Notes under the pieces: generated by a model
Seen by the model: only the letters and a program-made list of their open reading frames with translations
Database searches by the model: none
Told to the model about the DNA's origin: nothing
Made by a program: the position numbers and the translations under genes
Part shown: positions 14,501 through 24,035 of the stretch, one piece after another
Position numbering within the stretch: position 1 is the first letter of the stretch
Layout: the number at the start of each line of letters is the position of its first letter
DNA from: an uncultured Phycisphaerales bacterium
GTDB taxonomy: Bacteria; Planctomycetota; Phycisphaerae; Tepidisphaerales; Tepidisphaeraceae
DNA: 64,000 nucleotides
Reading direction: 5' to 3'
Assembly (NCBI GenBank): GCA_963844715.1
Contig: CAWJPJ010000007.1
Location: 928,001-992,000 of the forward strand

Positions 14501-16205
14501 GGCCGCCGTCAGCGGCACGACCGAACTCACCAACGACTACCAGTACAACGCGCTCGATGAAATGACCCAGGTGACTCAGACCGACCTGGGCGCGGATGCC
14601 GAGCAGGCGAACTTCACGTACAACACGGATGGCCAGTTCGAGGGGATCGACCTATACGATGGCGGCGCGGGCGTCGCCTCCGCCCACTATCAGTACAACT
14701 CACTTGGTGAGGTCACCTCCCTCGACTGGGTGAATGCGAGCGACCAAAGCGCCATCAATTCATACGGCTACACATACGATCCCAACGGTCAAATCACGAG
14801 CTTTACCTCTACGGATGGAACGATCAACTACACTTACGACCATGATGGGGAGCTTGTTGGCGCCACCGGTACCGGTCTGCCAAGTTCGGACTCTTACGCC
14901 TACGACGCCAACGGGAATCGGAACAGCACGGGTTACACGACTGGAACCGATAACGAGCTTACTTCCGATGGAACCTATGACTATGCGTACGACGCGGATG
15001 GAAATCTGATCACCCAAACGACCATCGCCACGGGCGCCACCGAAAACTTCACCTGGGATTACCGCAACCGCCTCACCGAGATCACCTACAAGAATTCGAG
15101 TGGTACGACCACGGGGACGGTCCAGTACACGTACAACGTCTTCAATCAACGGATCAGTCAGAAAGTCACGAATGGGTCCGGGACCGTCACGCTGGACGAA
15201 GATTACATTTACGACCTATCCGGCAACCTCATCATGGTCACGACTCCCTCGGGCACTATTACGGACCGCTACCTATTCGGTCCCGGTACAAACCAGGCCC
15301 TGGCCGACACAACCTCTTCGGGCACTACCTCATGGATGCTGGCCGACCAGCAGGGGACGGTTCGCGATGTAATCGATTCCGGAGGCTCGGTGACCGATCA
15401 CATTGTTTACGATCCGTATGGAAATATCCTCAGCCAGACCAATCCCGCGAACCAGCCGCGTTTCGGGTTCGATGGCATGCAATTGGATCAAGCCACTGGA
15501 TCGTATTACGACAACGCCCGCTACTACGATTCGTCGACCGGAACATTCATCAGCCGGGATCCGCTCGGATTTGGCGGGGGAAGTTCCAATCTGTACGATT
15601 ACGTTAGCAATAAGCCGACGAAGCTTAGTGATCCAACCGGGATGGGCGAAGTCTTAATTGGACTTGGGGGAATATTTGGTTTCGCCGATCCTTTCGGGTG
15701 GGAAGGAAATGGCACCGCTGACTTCGCCATCGGATGGGGGCCGGGCGGCGTCACAGTTGGCGCCTTGGAAAGTATCGCAACCGGTCCAACTGTCGGAGCC
15801 GCGTTACCCTCCGGAGGTGCCGGGGTAGATGTGGGATATTATCCTAGCGTAACGAACGTCACCCAACTTTCCGGATTAGGGTGGGCGGTTGGCGCCGCCG
15901 GGGGACCAGGAGATAGTGATGTTTGGTGGGAACCACCCGCTGGTCAACCTGGTGGTGTTTGGGTTGGTACACCGGTCGGCGTGGGAGCTACTGCTGGAGC
16001 GTACGCCACTGTCGCCGGATCATACACATGGACACAAGACCTGACTCCGGGCGTCAAAGCGTTCTTTCAAAGTCTTTCGAATGTGCTTAATCAGGCTTCA
16101 ACTGTAGCGCAGATTGAGTCACCACTTCCTATCCCCGGCCCAGCCGCTGTCGCTCTTCAATATGCAAGCTCGGCACTCAAACACGTCGCGCGTGTGTTTA
16201 AATAG
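1..16205 (+). CDS. Giant multidomain adhesin-Rhs polymorphic toxin, 5'-truncated by the window edge and split by about 10 frameshifts
   Basis: Consecutive overlapping + strand ORFs (21-965, 812-1162, 1089-3089, 3028-6174, 5957-7282, 7272-8264, 8204-11932, 11943-12554, 12607-14154, 14085-16205) continue the same repeat types across the frame changes. The protein ends in YD repeats and an Rhs core (YYDNARYYDSSTGTFISRDPLGFGGG...SDPTG). Confidence 0.85.
5540..5955 (+). other. PA14 domain
   Basis: GTGLDGQYF...RTDPTVDFNW...YSVRWTGQVQALFTQTYTFYINADDGARLWVDGKELVNDW...KYDIEMDYYQ...AQLAWSSP. Confidence 0.9.
5975..9300 (+). other. FN3 domains, a DUF4082-like domain and four ConA/laminin-G-like beta-sandwich repeats
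   Basis: FN3: GLTPGDTYNYVV and LTPGTDYYYQI. DUF4082-like: VGMQFTT...VTALGRY...LPSPVTLLPNHVY. Four repeats start PF/YxDxFxRxD at about 7035, 7595, 8147 and 8743, each containing LxFxxxGxxLxxYxNG. Confidence 0.65.
9430..10290 (+). repeat. FG-GAP/VCBS repeats (beta-propeller)
   Basis: Six GDFNGDGxxD-type motifs (GDFNGDGKSD, GDFSGNGLTD, GDFNGDGRVD, GDVNGDGRSD, GDFTGNGLTD, ADFDGDGKAD). Confidence 0.9.
10365..10755 (+). other. Transglutaminase-like domain lacking the catalytic Cys
   Basis: VYNTIQYQPYAGEMKGPLAT...GNDWDQDALL...TRYVYG...HAWIEAY...WYAMDPSFK. His and Asp are retained; the Cys position reads Asp (GNDWD). Confidence 0.75.
12205..15641 (+). other. DUF6531 + YD repeats + Rhs core of the main toxin
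   Basis: GDPVNLGSGSFVRTETDISVPNVGLPLDFVRYY...GFGAGW, many TYTYDxxGN repeats, core ending in DPTG at 15630-15641. Confidence 0.9.
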
Positions 16206-16214
16206 GCTTTATCA

Positions 16215-16535
16215 ATGACATATAGACTTCCAAAATATGCAAAGGTCTTCGTTTGGTGCATCTTTTTGTTCTGGTTGCCAGGTATGGCTCTTTATTGGAA
16301 TTTGTCCTCGCCATCCCACGAGGCGCGGACGAACCCTGACCAAATAGAGTGGCACAACAAGGGTCGGGTCTTTTACGTAAACCGTGTCGAGCTGGTTTCG
16401 TGTGAGGTTTTGTTTTGGGTGTCGTTTTCTTTGACGGTCCTGCTTGTTGTACCTCTGGTAGTCCACCGCCATGTCAAGAAGGGGAAAGATGGGGGAAGTG
16501 CCACGGAGGAAAAGTCCGGATGGGATAAGTCCTAG
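16215..16535 (+). CDS. Putative immunity protein with two TM helices
   Basis: 106 aa ORF starting 9 nt after the Rhs stop, lower GC, two hydrophobic segments (VFVWCIFLFWLPGMALYW; VLFWVSFSLTVLLVVPLVV). Confidence 0.65.
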   Translation: MTYRLPKYAKVFVWCIFLFWLPGMALYWNLSSPSHEARTNPDQIEWHNKGRVFYVNRVELVSCEVLFWVSFSLTVLLVVPLVVHRHVKKGKDGGSATEEKSGWDKS

Positions 16536-16686
16536 GTATTGAAGTGGCTGTAATGGCCCAGGACGTTGTCGGGTGATTTTGTTCGGGAGAATTTCGGGAT
16601 TTTGGATATGTGCATGACATTGATTGAGGATACAATTGATGCGAATGGTCTCAGAACAGCGACTTTGGGGAGTTATTTTCTGATCC

Positions 16687-19600
16687 TTGCGCGAGGAAGA
16701 CGATATTTCCATCCCGAATATTGGCCTGCCCCTCGATTTTAGCCGCTATTACTATTCCGGCTCGACCACCGACGTTGGCTTCGGCGCCGGCTGGACCGAT
16801 AGTTACAGCGACACGATGGTCACGCAGGAAAATGGCGACGTCCTTTGGACCGATTCCCAGGGTGATCAGCACACCTTCACGCCCGCCACCGGCGGTGGTT
16901 TTACCGACCCCGCGACCATCTTTGGAACTCTCTCCCTGGTGGACGGCCAGTACATCTACCGCGACACTGACGGAACCGAGCCGCATCTTCAATGCCTCGA
17001 CGGGCCAGCTTGTCGAAATCGAAGACGCCAACGGCAACGCCCTCGATATCACGTACAACGAAGATGGAACGCTCGCCTCCGTCTACGATGCGGCCGATCC
17101 CTCGCGCAGCCTGACCTTCACCGACACCGGCGGACACATTACCGCCATCACCGACTTCACCGGCAGGATCTGGAAATACTGTTATCAAACGGCCGTTAAT
17201 CCCGTGACTGATCAAACTGTGTATCTGTTGACGTCGGTCCACACTCCGTGCGACTCCAACACGCCGGCGCAAACCACTAACTATGGTTATGACACATCCG
17301 TTTTCGGCTACAGTTCCGCCGCCGGCAGCATCAATGCGTCTTCGCCTCTCTTCGGGCTGCTCAGCTCGGTTACAAATGTCTCCGATGGCGCATCAGTTCA
17401 AATCAGTTACTACCCCGACGGGCGAGCGTTTACCGTTACCCTGCCCGACGGCGGAATCGAATCGGTCTTCTATGACACGTATCACGATACATCCACCTAC
17501 GTCAATGAACTGGGACAGCCGACGCTTGTCGAAATGAATTCCGCTGGCGATGTCGTCAAGCAGATCAACCCCGACCTGACTCAGATCGATTCCACCTACA
17601 ACGCCAACGGCGAGCTTACCTCCGAGACCAACGCGATGGGTCAGACCGAAACGTTTACCTACGACTCCAGCGGCAACGTCACCTCATACACGGCCTTCGA
17701 CGGCGTCACGACGGATGCGACCTACAACTCGTTTGCCGAGCCGACGCAGGTCACCCTCCCCGGCGGACGCGTCACGACTTACACCTACGATTCTCATGGC
17801 AATCTTCTCTCCATGACGGATGCCGCCGGCGACGAAACGACCTACACTTATGTCCCCACCGACGGCACGGATCACACCAACGGCCTGGTTGAAACCGTCA
17901 CAGCGCCCAACGGCAACGTCGAAGGCGCAACCGCCTCCGACTTTACCACCACATTCACCTACAACACCGCCGGGCAGACGGTTACCGCCGCAAACGGCTT
18001 GGACCAAACCGTCACCAACACCTACGACTCCGCCGGCGATCTGACCAGCATGACCGACGCGATGGGCAACACGACTTCATATACCTACAACCTGTTGGGT
18101 CAGCTGCTGTCCACCACTTCCCCCGACCCCGGAGTCACAGGCGAGACCCAGCCGGTCTCCAATATCGCCTACGACCTAGCGGACAATTCAACCACCACCA
18201 CGGACCCCAATGGCAACATCACGCAGACTTTCTTCAATGGCGATAACCAGGTCATCAAGGTCGTCAACCCCGACGGGTCATTCATCAGCTACGCGTACGG
18301 CGCCGCCAGCAATCTCGTCGCGATGACCGATTCGCGCGGGAACGCGACGAAGTATGTTTACAACTCCATGGGCCAACTAGTCGAGACGTTGAATCCCGAC
18401 GGCACCTCCACGACCCAGACGTACAACGCTGCCGGCCAGGTGACCAGTTCCACCGATGCCGACGGGAACACCACCTACTACTCGTATCAATCCAACGGCT
18501 GGCTGGCGTCGGTTACTGATCCGAACGGCAATATCACGACCTACGGCTACGATTCCGTCGGCGACGTCACCAGCGTAACCACTCCCTTAGGTACGACGAC
18601 GTACACGTACGACGACCTCGGCCGCGTCACTCAGTCCGAAGATCCCACCGGTCTTGTAACCGAGACTACTTACGACGCCGACGGCAATGTCACCCAGCAA
18701 ACTCAGTACAACGTCTCCGACCCAAGCGACACGCACGCGACCACCACGGTCTACGATGTGCTGGATCGCCCGATCGAAGTGACCGACCCGGCGGGGAATC
18801 ATACCGACACTTCCTACAACGCCGATGGAGAAGTCATCAGCACCACCGACGCCGCGGGGGCGACGACCAATTACGCCTATGACGATGACGGGCGCTTGAT
18901 CTCCACCACCGGTCCATCCCCCGACGGCGGTACCACGCCGGGCCCGGTTACCAGCTATCTCTACGATGCCGACGGGAACCAAACGGAGGTAACTGACCCC
19001 CTCGGAAACACGACGGCGTATATCTACAACAACATGAACGAACTGATTTCGGAAACCGATCCCGCCCCCAGCACCGGCGCGGCCGCCCCGGTTACGACGT
19101 ATCAGTACAACACGGATGGCGAGCAGACCGCCATCACCGATCCGGACGGGAACACCACCTTCTACCAGTTTAACTTCATGGGCGAGCAGGTCTCGGAACT
19201 GAACGCCGCGGGATCGAAGTGGACCTGGCAGTATGATCCCAACGGCAATCTCATCTCCGCCACGGACGCCGACGGCCGCACCGTCGACTACACCTATAAC
19301 TCCCTCGGCGAGGTGACCAGCGAAAACTGGGTCGGGGGCGACTACACCATCAACTACACATACAACAGCCTCGGCCAGCTCACCCAGGTTACCGATCCGG
19401 ACTCCACGTACAATTACACGTACAACAGCGTCGGCCAGGTAATCCACGCGAACAACTCCGGCACGCCTGGCGTCCCCACAACCACGTTGAATACCAGCTA
19501 CGACGGTTTCAATAACCTCGCCAGCCTGAGCGCCCTGATCGGCTCAACCACCGACTTTACAAATTCATATAGTTACGATTCACTGGCCGATATGACCCAG

Positions 19601-21514
19601 GTCGCCCAATCCGGCTCCGCCGTCACCTCGAAGCAGGCGAACTTCACGTACAACGCTTTGGGCCAAATCACATCCGAGCAATTATCCGCGTCATCCGCGG
19701 TGGCAAACGCTTCTTTCGGTTATAACGACGCAGATCAACTTACTTCACTTACGTACACTCGCGCCAGCGATTCCTCCACGATCAATTCCTACGGCTTGAC
19801 CTACAACTCCGACGGACAGATCACCGCGGAGACCAACTCCGACGGCACGATCGACTATACCTACGACCACGACGGCCAGCTGACGGGCGCCAGCGGCTCG
19901 GGCCTGCCGTCGAGCAACTCCTATTCCTACGACGCGAACGGCGACCGCACGTCCACCGGCTCCGCCGCCGACACCACCGGCACGAATAACGAACTGACCA
20001 GCGACGGGACATACGACTATACCTACGATGCCGATGGCAATCCGATTACGCAGACGACCATCGCCACGGGCGCGACGGAGAACTTCACCTGGGATTACCG
20101 CAACCGCCTGACGGGTATCGTATTTAAAAATTCCTCGGGCGTAGTTACCGAGGAAATCTCGTACACTTACGACGCGTTCAACCAGCGGATCAGCCAGACG
20201 GTGAAAAACGGCTCGGGTACGGTGACGTTCGCCGAGAACTACGTGTATGACTCGGCGGGCGACTTGGTGATGACCCTGGACGCCTCCGGCAGCGTCACGG
20301 ATACCTTCCTCAATGGACCCACGGGGCAAACCCTTGCCGCCGACGCCGGCAGCGGCAATGTGACCTGGCTCCTGGCCGACCAGCAGGGATCGGTCCGGGA
20401 TGTCATCAATGACTCTGGCGCGGTTGTCGACCACATCGTCTACGACTCCTACGGCAACATCGTGAGCCAGAGCAGCTCCGCGAACCAGCCGAGATTCGCG
20501 TACGCGGGAATGCAATTGGATCAAGCCACCGGCTTGTACTACGACCACGCGCGCTATTACGATTCGTCAACCGGAACATTCATCAACCAGGATCCGACCG
20601 GGTTTGGCGGAGGGACGACGGATTTGTATGACTATGTCGGCAACGACCCGGTCAATTTCGACGATCCGACGGGGACGTTTTCATACCGGCTTCAGATGGT
20701 GGAAGAACAGGCCGCGCAGGGAGATCACGATGTGCTCACGCAGCTGCAAAACCTGATGCTTGTTCCACCCACGCAAAGTCCGGCCTGCTTCTCGGGGGAT
20801 GACAACGGCGCGACGACAGGTTCGAACGGAGGCACGGTATTCTCGAACGCGCAACAGGGCGATTCATGGTGGTCGAACTTCTGGAATGCCGGGACTAACC
20901 CCAATTCTTATGGGGAGGCGTCGAACGTAACGCAGCCGAATTCCATTGTGTATACGTCAGCGGCACTTCGCGCGGCGGGAGTGGTTTTGGTAACATACGG
21001 CACGGGGGGCATCGCGGCGGAGGTGTATGATGCGTACGTTAGTGCCGAGGAGGCGGGAATCGCCGCAAGTACAGTGGCAAGCGCTGTGGGAAATGCGGCG
21101 ATACAAGCCACTTCCGGACAGCCCTTCTCTTGGACTTCGTTTGTAGCGAGTACAGTTACGGGCGCTGGTGCTGGAGTGGCTGCAAACGTGGTAGGCAACA
21201 TGCTTGCCGCAGAGAGTGAAGGCGCTGCCGGAAGCACGCCGGTAGGCCGTTCGGGTTCTCCCCTCGGGTCGGTTCAGGGGAATGCTGACGCCACAATCGG
21301 CGGTCGTACCTTTAGCGGCCACGCACTTGACGGAATGCAGGCCGACGGTATTCCCCCGTCCGTTGCCGAGAACACGATCCAAAACGGCTCGTCGATGGTG
21401 GGTAAGAATCCTGGGACGACCGCGTTTTATGATCCGGCTAATAACGTCACCGTCATAACTAACTCAACTACGGGCAAGGTGGTTACTGTCTCCCGTGGTC
21501 TGATCAAGCAGTAG
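16687..21514 (+). CDS. Second (orphan) Rhs cassette: partial DUF6531, YD repeats, Rhs core and RNase-like C-terminal toxin; one frameshift near 16980
   Basis: Starts mid-DUF6531 (REEDDISIPNIGLPLDFSRYY) with no ATG or RBS, and is homologous to 12240-15641. Core ends DDPTG at about 20674. Tip: TPVGRSGSPL...TIGGRTFSGHALDGMQADGIPPSVAENTIQNG...FYDPANNVTVITNSTTGKVVTV. Confidence 0.85.
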
Positions 21515-21528
21515 AAGGCAGGTCCGTC

Positions 21529-21912
21529 ATGGCTGAGGATTGGAAGAAGGAATACGACCAACGTCAATATCGGTTGATGGCTGACCAATTGCAGCGGTTT
21601 GAAGAAGGTCAACTCGGTCTTGTCTCTCTGATCGGCAGCCTAAAGTCTTTGCTTTCAGTTCTTGAAGCAACAGATGAAGCGTGGAAAGACGACTTCCGAA
21701 GTGAGTGGGGAACTTTGGAGGTGGCATATGCCATGATGCTTGACCAGAAGGGAGACGGCCTCGTGCCAAACGAGCAGGCGGCGCTTAATGATCTCGCCAA
21801 CCGTGCAGATATCCGTCAAGCAGTCCGGAACATGCAGCGGCTTGTGCAGGAGCGCATTGACACGACGGCTGGCGCGGAAACTGACGCCGGGGACGGTGCG
21901 ATTGCCGGCTGA
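21529..21912 (+). CDS. Putative cytoplasmic immunity protein, copy 1
   Basis: 127 aa acidic, helical-looking ORF 14 nt after the toxin stop; paralogous to the next ORF. Confidence 0.7.
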   Translation: MAEDWKKEYDQRQYRLMADQLQRFEEGQLGLVSLIGSLKSLLSVLEATDEAWKDDFRSEWGTLEVAYAMMLDQKGDGLVPNEQAALNDLANRADIRQAVRNMQRLVQERIDTTAGAETDAGDGAIAG

Positions 21913-21934
21913 AAGCGACTAAAGGTGGGTCGTC

Positions 21935-22318
21935 ATGGCTGAGGATTGGAAGGCGGAATACGATCAACGCCAGTATCGGTTGATGGCCGACCAGTTGCAG
22001 GGATATGAAGAAGGCAAGTTAAACCTCGCCTCTTTGGTCAGCAGGTTGGAAGCGTTGCTCTCGGCTCTAGAGGCACCCGATAAAGCGTGGAAAAATGACT
22101 TCTGGAGCAAGTGGGGAACCTTGGAGACGGTGTACGCGGTAGCGCTTGACCGCAACGAACAAGGTCTCGCGCCGGATGCCCAAGCGACGATCAATGATCC
22201 CTCTCACCGGGCGCTCATCAACGAGGCAGTCCAGAATCTCCGGCGGCTCGTACAGGACCGCATCGACACGACGGCCGGCGCGGAAACGGACGCCGAGGAT
22301 GGCGCGACCGCCGGCTGA
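21935..22318 (+). CDS. Putative immunity protein, copy 2 (tandem paralogue)
   Basis: Same length and collinear (MAEDWKxEYDQRQYRLMADQLQ...WGTLE...RIDTTAGAETDA). Confidence 0.7.
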   Translation: MAEDWKAEYDQRQYRLMADQLQGYEEGKLNLASLVSRLEALLSALEAPDKAWKNDFWSKWGTLETVYAVALDRNEQGLAPDAQATINDPSHRALINEAVQNLRRLVQDRIDTTAGAETDAEDGATAG

Positions 22319-22680
22319 AAGCCACCCATTGCAAACCCGGTAGGTTGACGGATCGCGCTAACTTCCCGCCCTGTCGGGAGTTGCCGGCGTCGTTGCCGCC
22401 GCGCAAGGTGTAAACACCTTGCCTCATCAGGTCACAGGTTGCGCCAGATCATTGTGGGACAGAGACTTACAAAAAGCGCACCTTGGTTCCTTTTACCTTG
22501 CCGTCTGATGTTTGTATGACCTTCTGCCCCCAGGTCAGCGCTGCAAGTGCCGGAATTCGCTGCAAATACCGACAAAGCTCATACATCCCTTTTATCTTGT
22601 ATTCCATGAGCAAACTTCTCCTGGGTTAGATTCTCCGGGAGTGTCGAGACCCGTTGGTCCCTTTTTGCGGGAGGTTTGCC

Positions 22681-23828
22681 ATGGTATTCGTTGGATTGGA
22701 TACGCATCATGAAACGTCGACCTGTTGCGTGCTGGATGATCGAGGCCAGCGACTGGAGGGTCGGACGATCAAGGGTTCTTGGACGGAAACGGCACGGTAT
22801 CTTCAGGCGCTGCAACAGCGTGATGGTCGGCCGATGGCAGTCTGCTACGAGGCATCGTGCGGGTACGGAGCGTTGCACGATCACCTGCGGACATTCTGCC
22901 AGCAGGTGGTGGTGGCGCATCCTGGCCGGGTGCGATTGATCAGCCGATCCAAGCGGAAGAATGATCGGGTTGACGCCCAGAAGCTGGCCAAGCTGTTGTA
23001 TCTGGACGAGGTTCCGCAGGTGCATGTTCCATCGGCCGAGGTTCGTTCGTGGCGGGAGCTGATCGAGCTGCGTCGTCGCCAGGTGCAGACGCGCACTCGG
23101 GTGCAGAGCCGGATCCGCGCGTTGCTGCGGACGTACAACGTGTGCATTCCCAAGCAGGGAAAGGAACCCAATCGCCCGTCTCGGAGGTGAAGTCTGCCGT
23201 CGTTGCGAGTGAAGCGTGCGAGCCGTTTAAGATTCTGTGGACGGATCGGGGCCACCGCTGGCTCAAGTTGCTGCAATGGCCAACGCCGGCGGTGGCGTTG
23301 CGGTGCGAATTGTTGGTCGATGAGTTGGAGCAGACGGAACGCGCCATCAAGCGGGTGACGGCGGAGTTGGACAAGATGGCGGCCGGAAACGCCGGCGTGC
23401 AATTGCTGTGCACGATCCCCGGCGTGGGATGCCGGACCGCCGAGGCGGTGGTGGCGTATCTGGACGATCCAGATCGTTTTGCCCGATCCAACCGGGTGGG
23501 ATCGTACGCGGGTCTGGTGCCGTGCCAGGACAGTTCCGGGGGCACCGATCGACTGGGCCATATCACCAAGGAGGGCCCGGCGACGATGCGCTGGCTGCTG
23601 GTGCAATCGGCCTGGCAGGTGGTGCGGCGCGAGCCGTTCATGCGGGCGTACTTTCATCGCGTGGCCGGCGGGCAGAAGGAAAATCACAAGAAGGCGCTGA
23701 TCGCCACGGCGCATAAGCTGCTGCGTTGCATGCATTCGATGCTGCGAACGGGCGAGGTGTGGAATCCGCCGAAGGACGATGCCGCGAACGAGGCGAAGTC
23801 CGCCGCGACGGAAGAGAAGAGCGGCTAA
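22681..23828 (+). CDS. IS110-family DEDD recombinase/transposase (1-nt frameshift near 23160-23185)
   Basis: GGGAGG RBS; motifs VGLDTH, YEAS and KNDRVDA (DEDD); C-terminal LCTIPGVG...YAGLVPCQDSSG...HITKEG...KKALIATAHKLLR. Confidence 0.92.
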
Positions 23829-23849
23829 AGGAAAAAGATGGACCCTTGT

Positions 23850-24035
23850 AGGCATCGGTAAGCGCCGATGATCGAGATGGGCACGGGATTGATAACCGGA
23901 CTCCGCGGCAAGGCATGGGACCATACCCAGGATCCCGATACCTTGAATGGAGCCGGTTCGGATCACGAAGAGTGGCACGCCGTCGATAAGTGTTTTGACG
24001 GATGATGCCGGATAGATGCGTGGAACATCCCGAGC
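23850..24035 (+). ncRNA. Predicted IS110 bridge RNA (5' hairpin, target-binding loop, donor-binding loop), copy 1
   Basis: Stems AACCGG-A-CTCC/GGAG-CCGGTT and CACG/CGTG close two internal loops. These contain GGCAAGGCA and TACCTTG (target match) and GAGTGGCA and ATAGATG (donor match). Folded by eye; ends approximate. Confidence 0.7.

Noticed and set aside
1..16205. Programmed frameshifting or phase variation in the giant gene
   Set aside because: Shift sites share no slippery motif or long homopolymer, and the same density occurs in ordinary enzymes.
12240..20674. Diversity-generating retroelement template/variable repeat pair
   Set aside because: Differences between the two Rhs copies are not adenine-specific and no reverse transcriptase is in the window.
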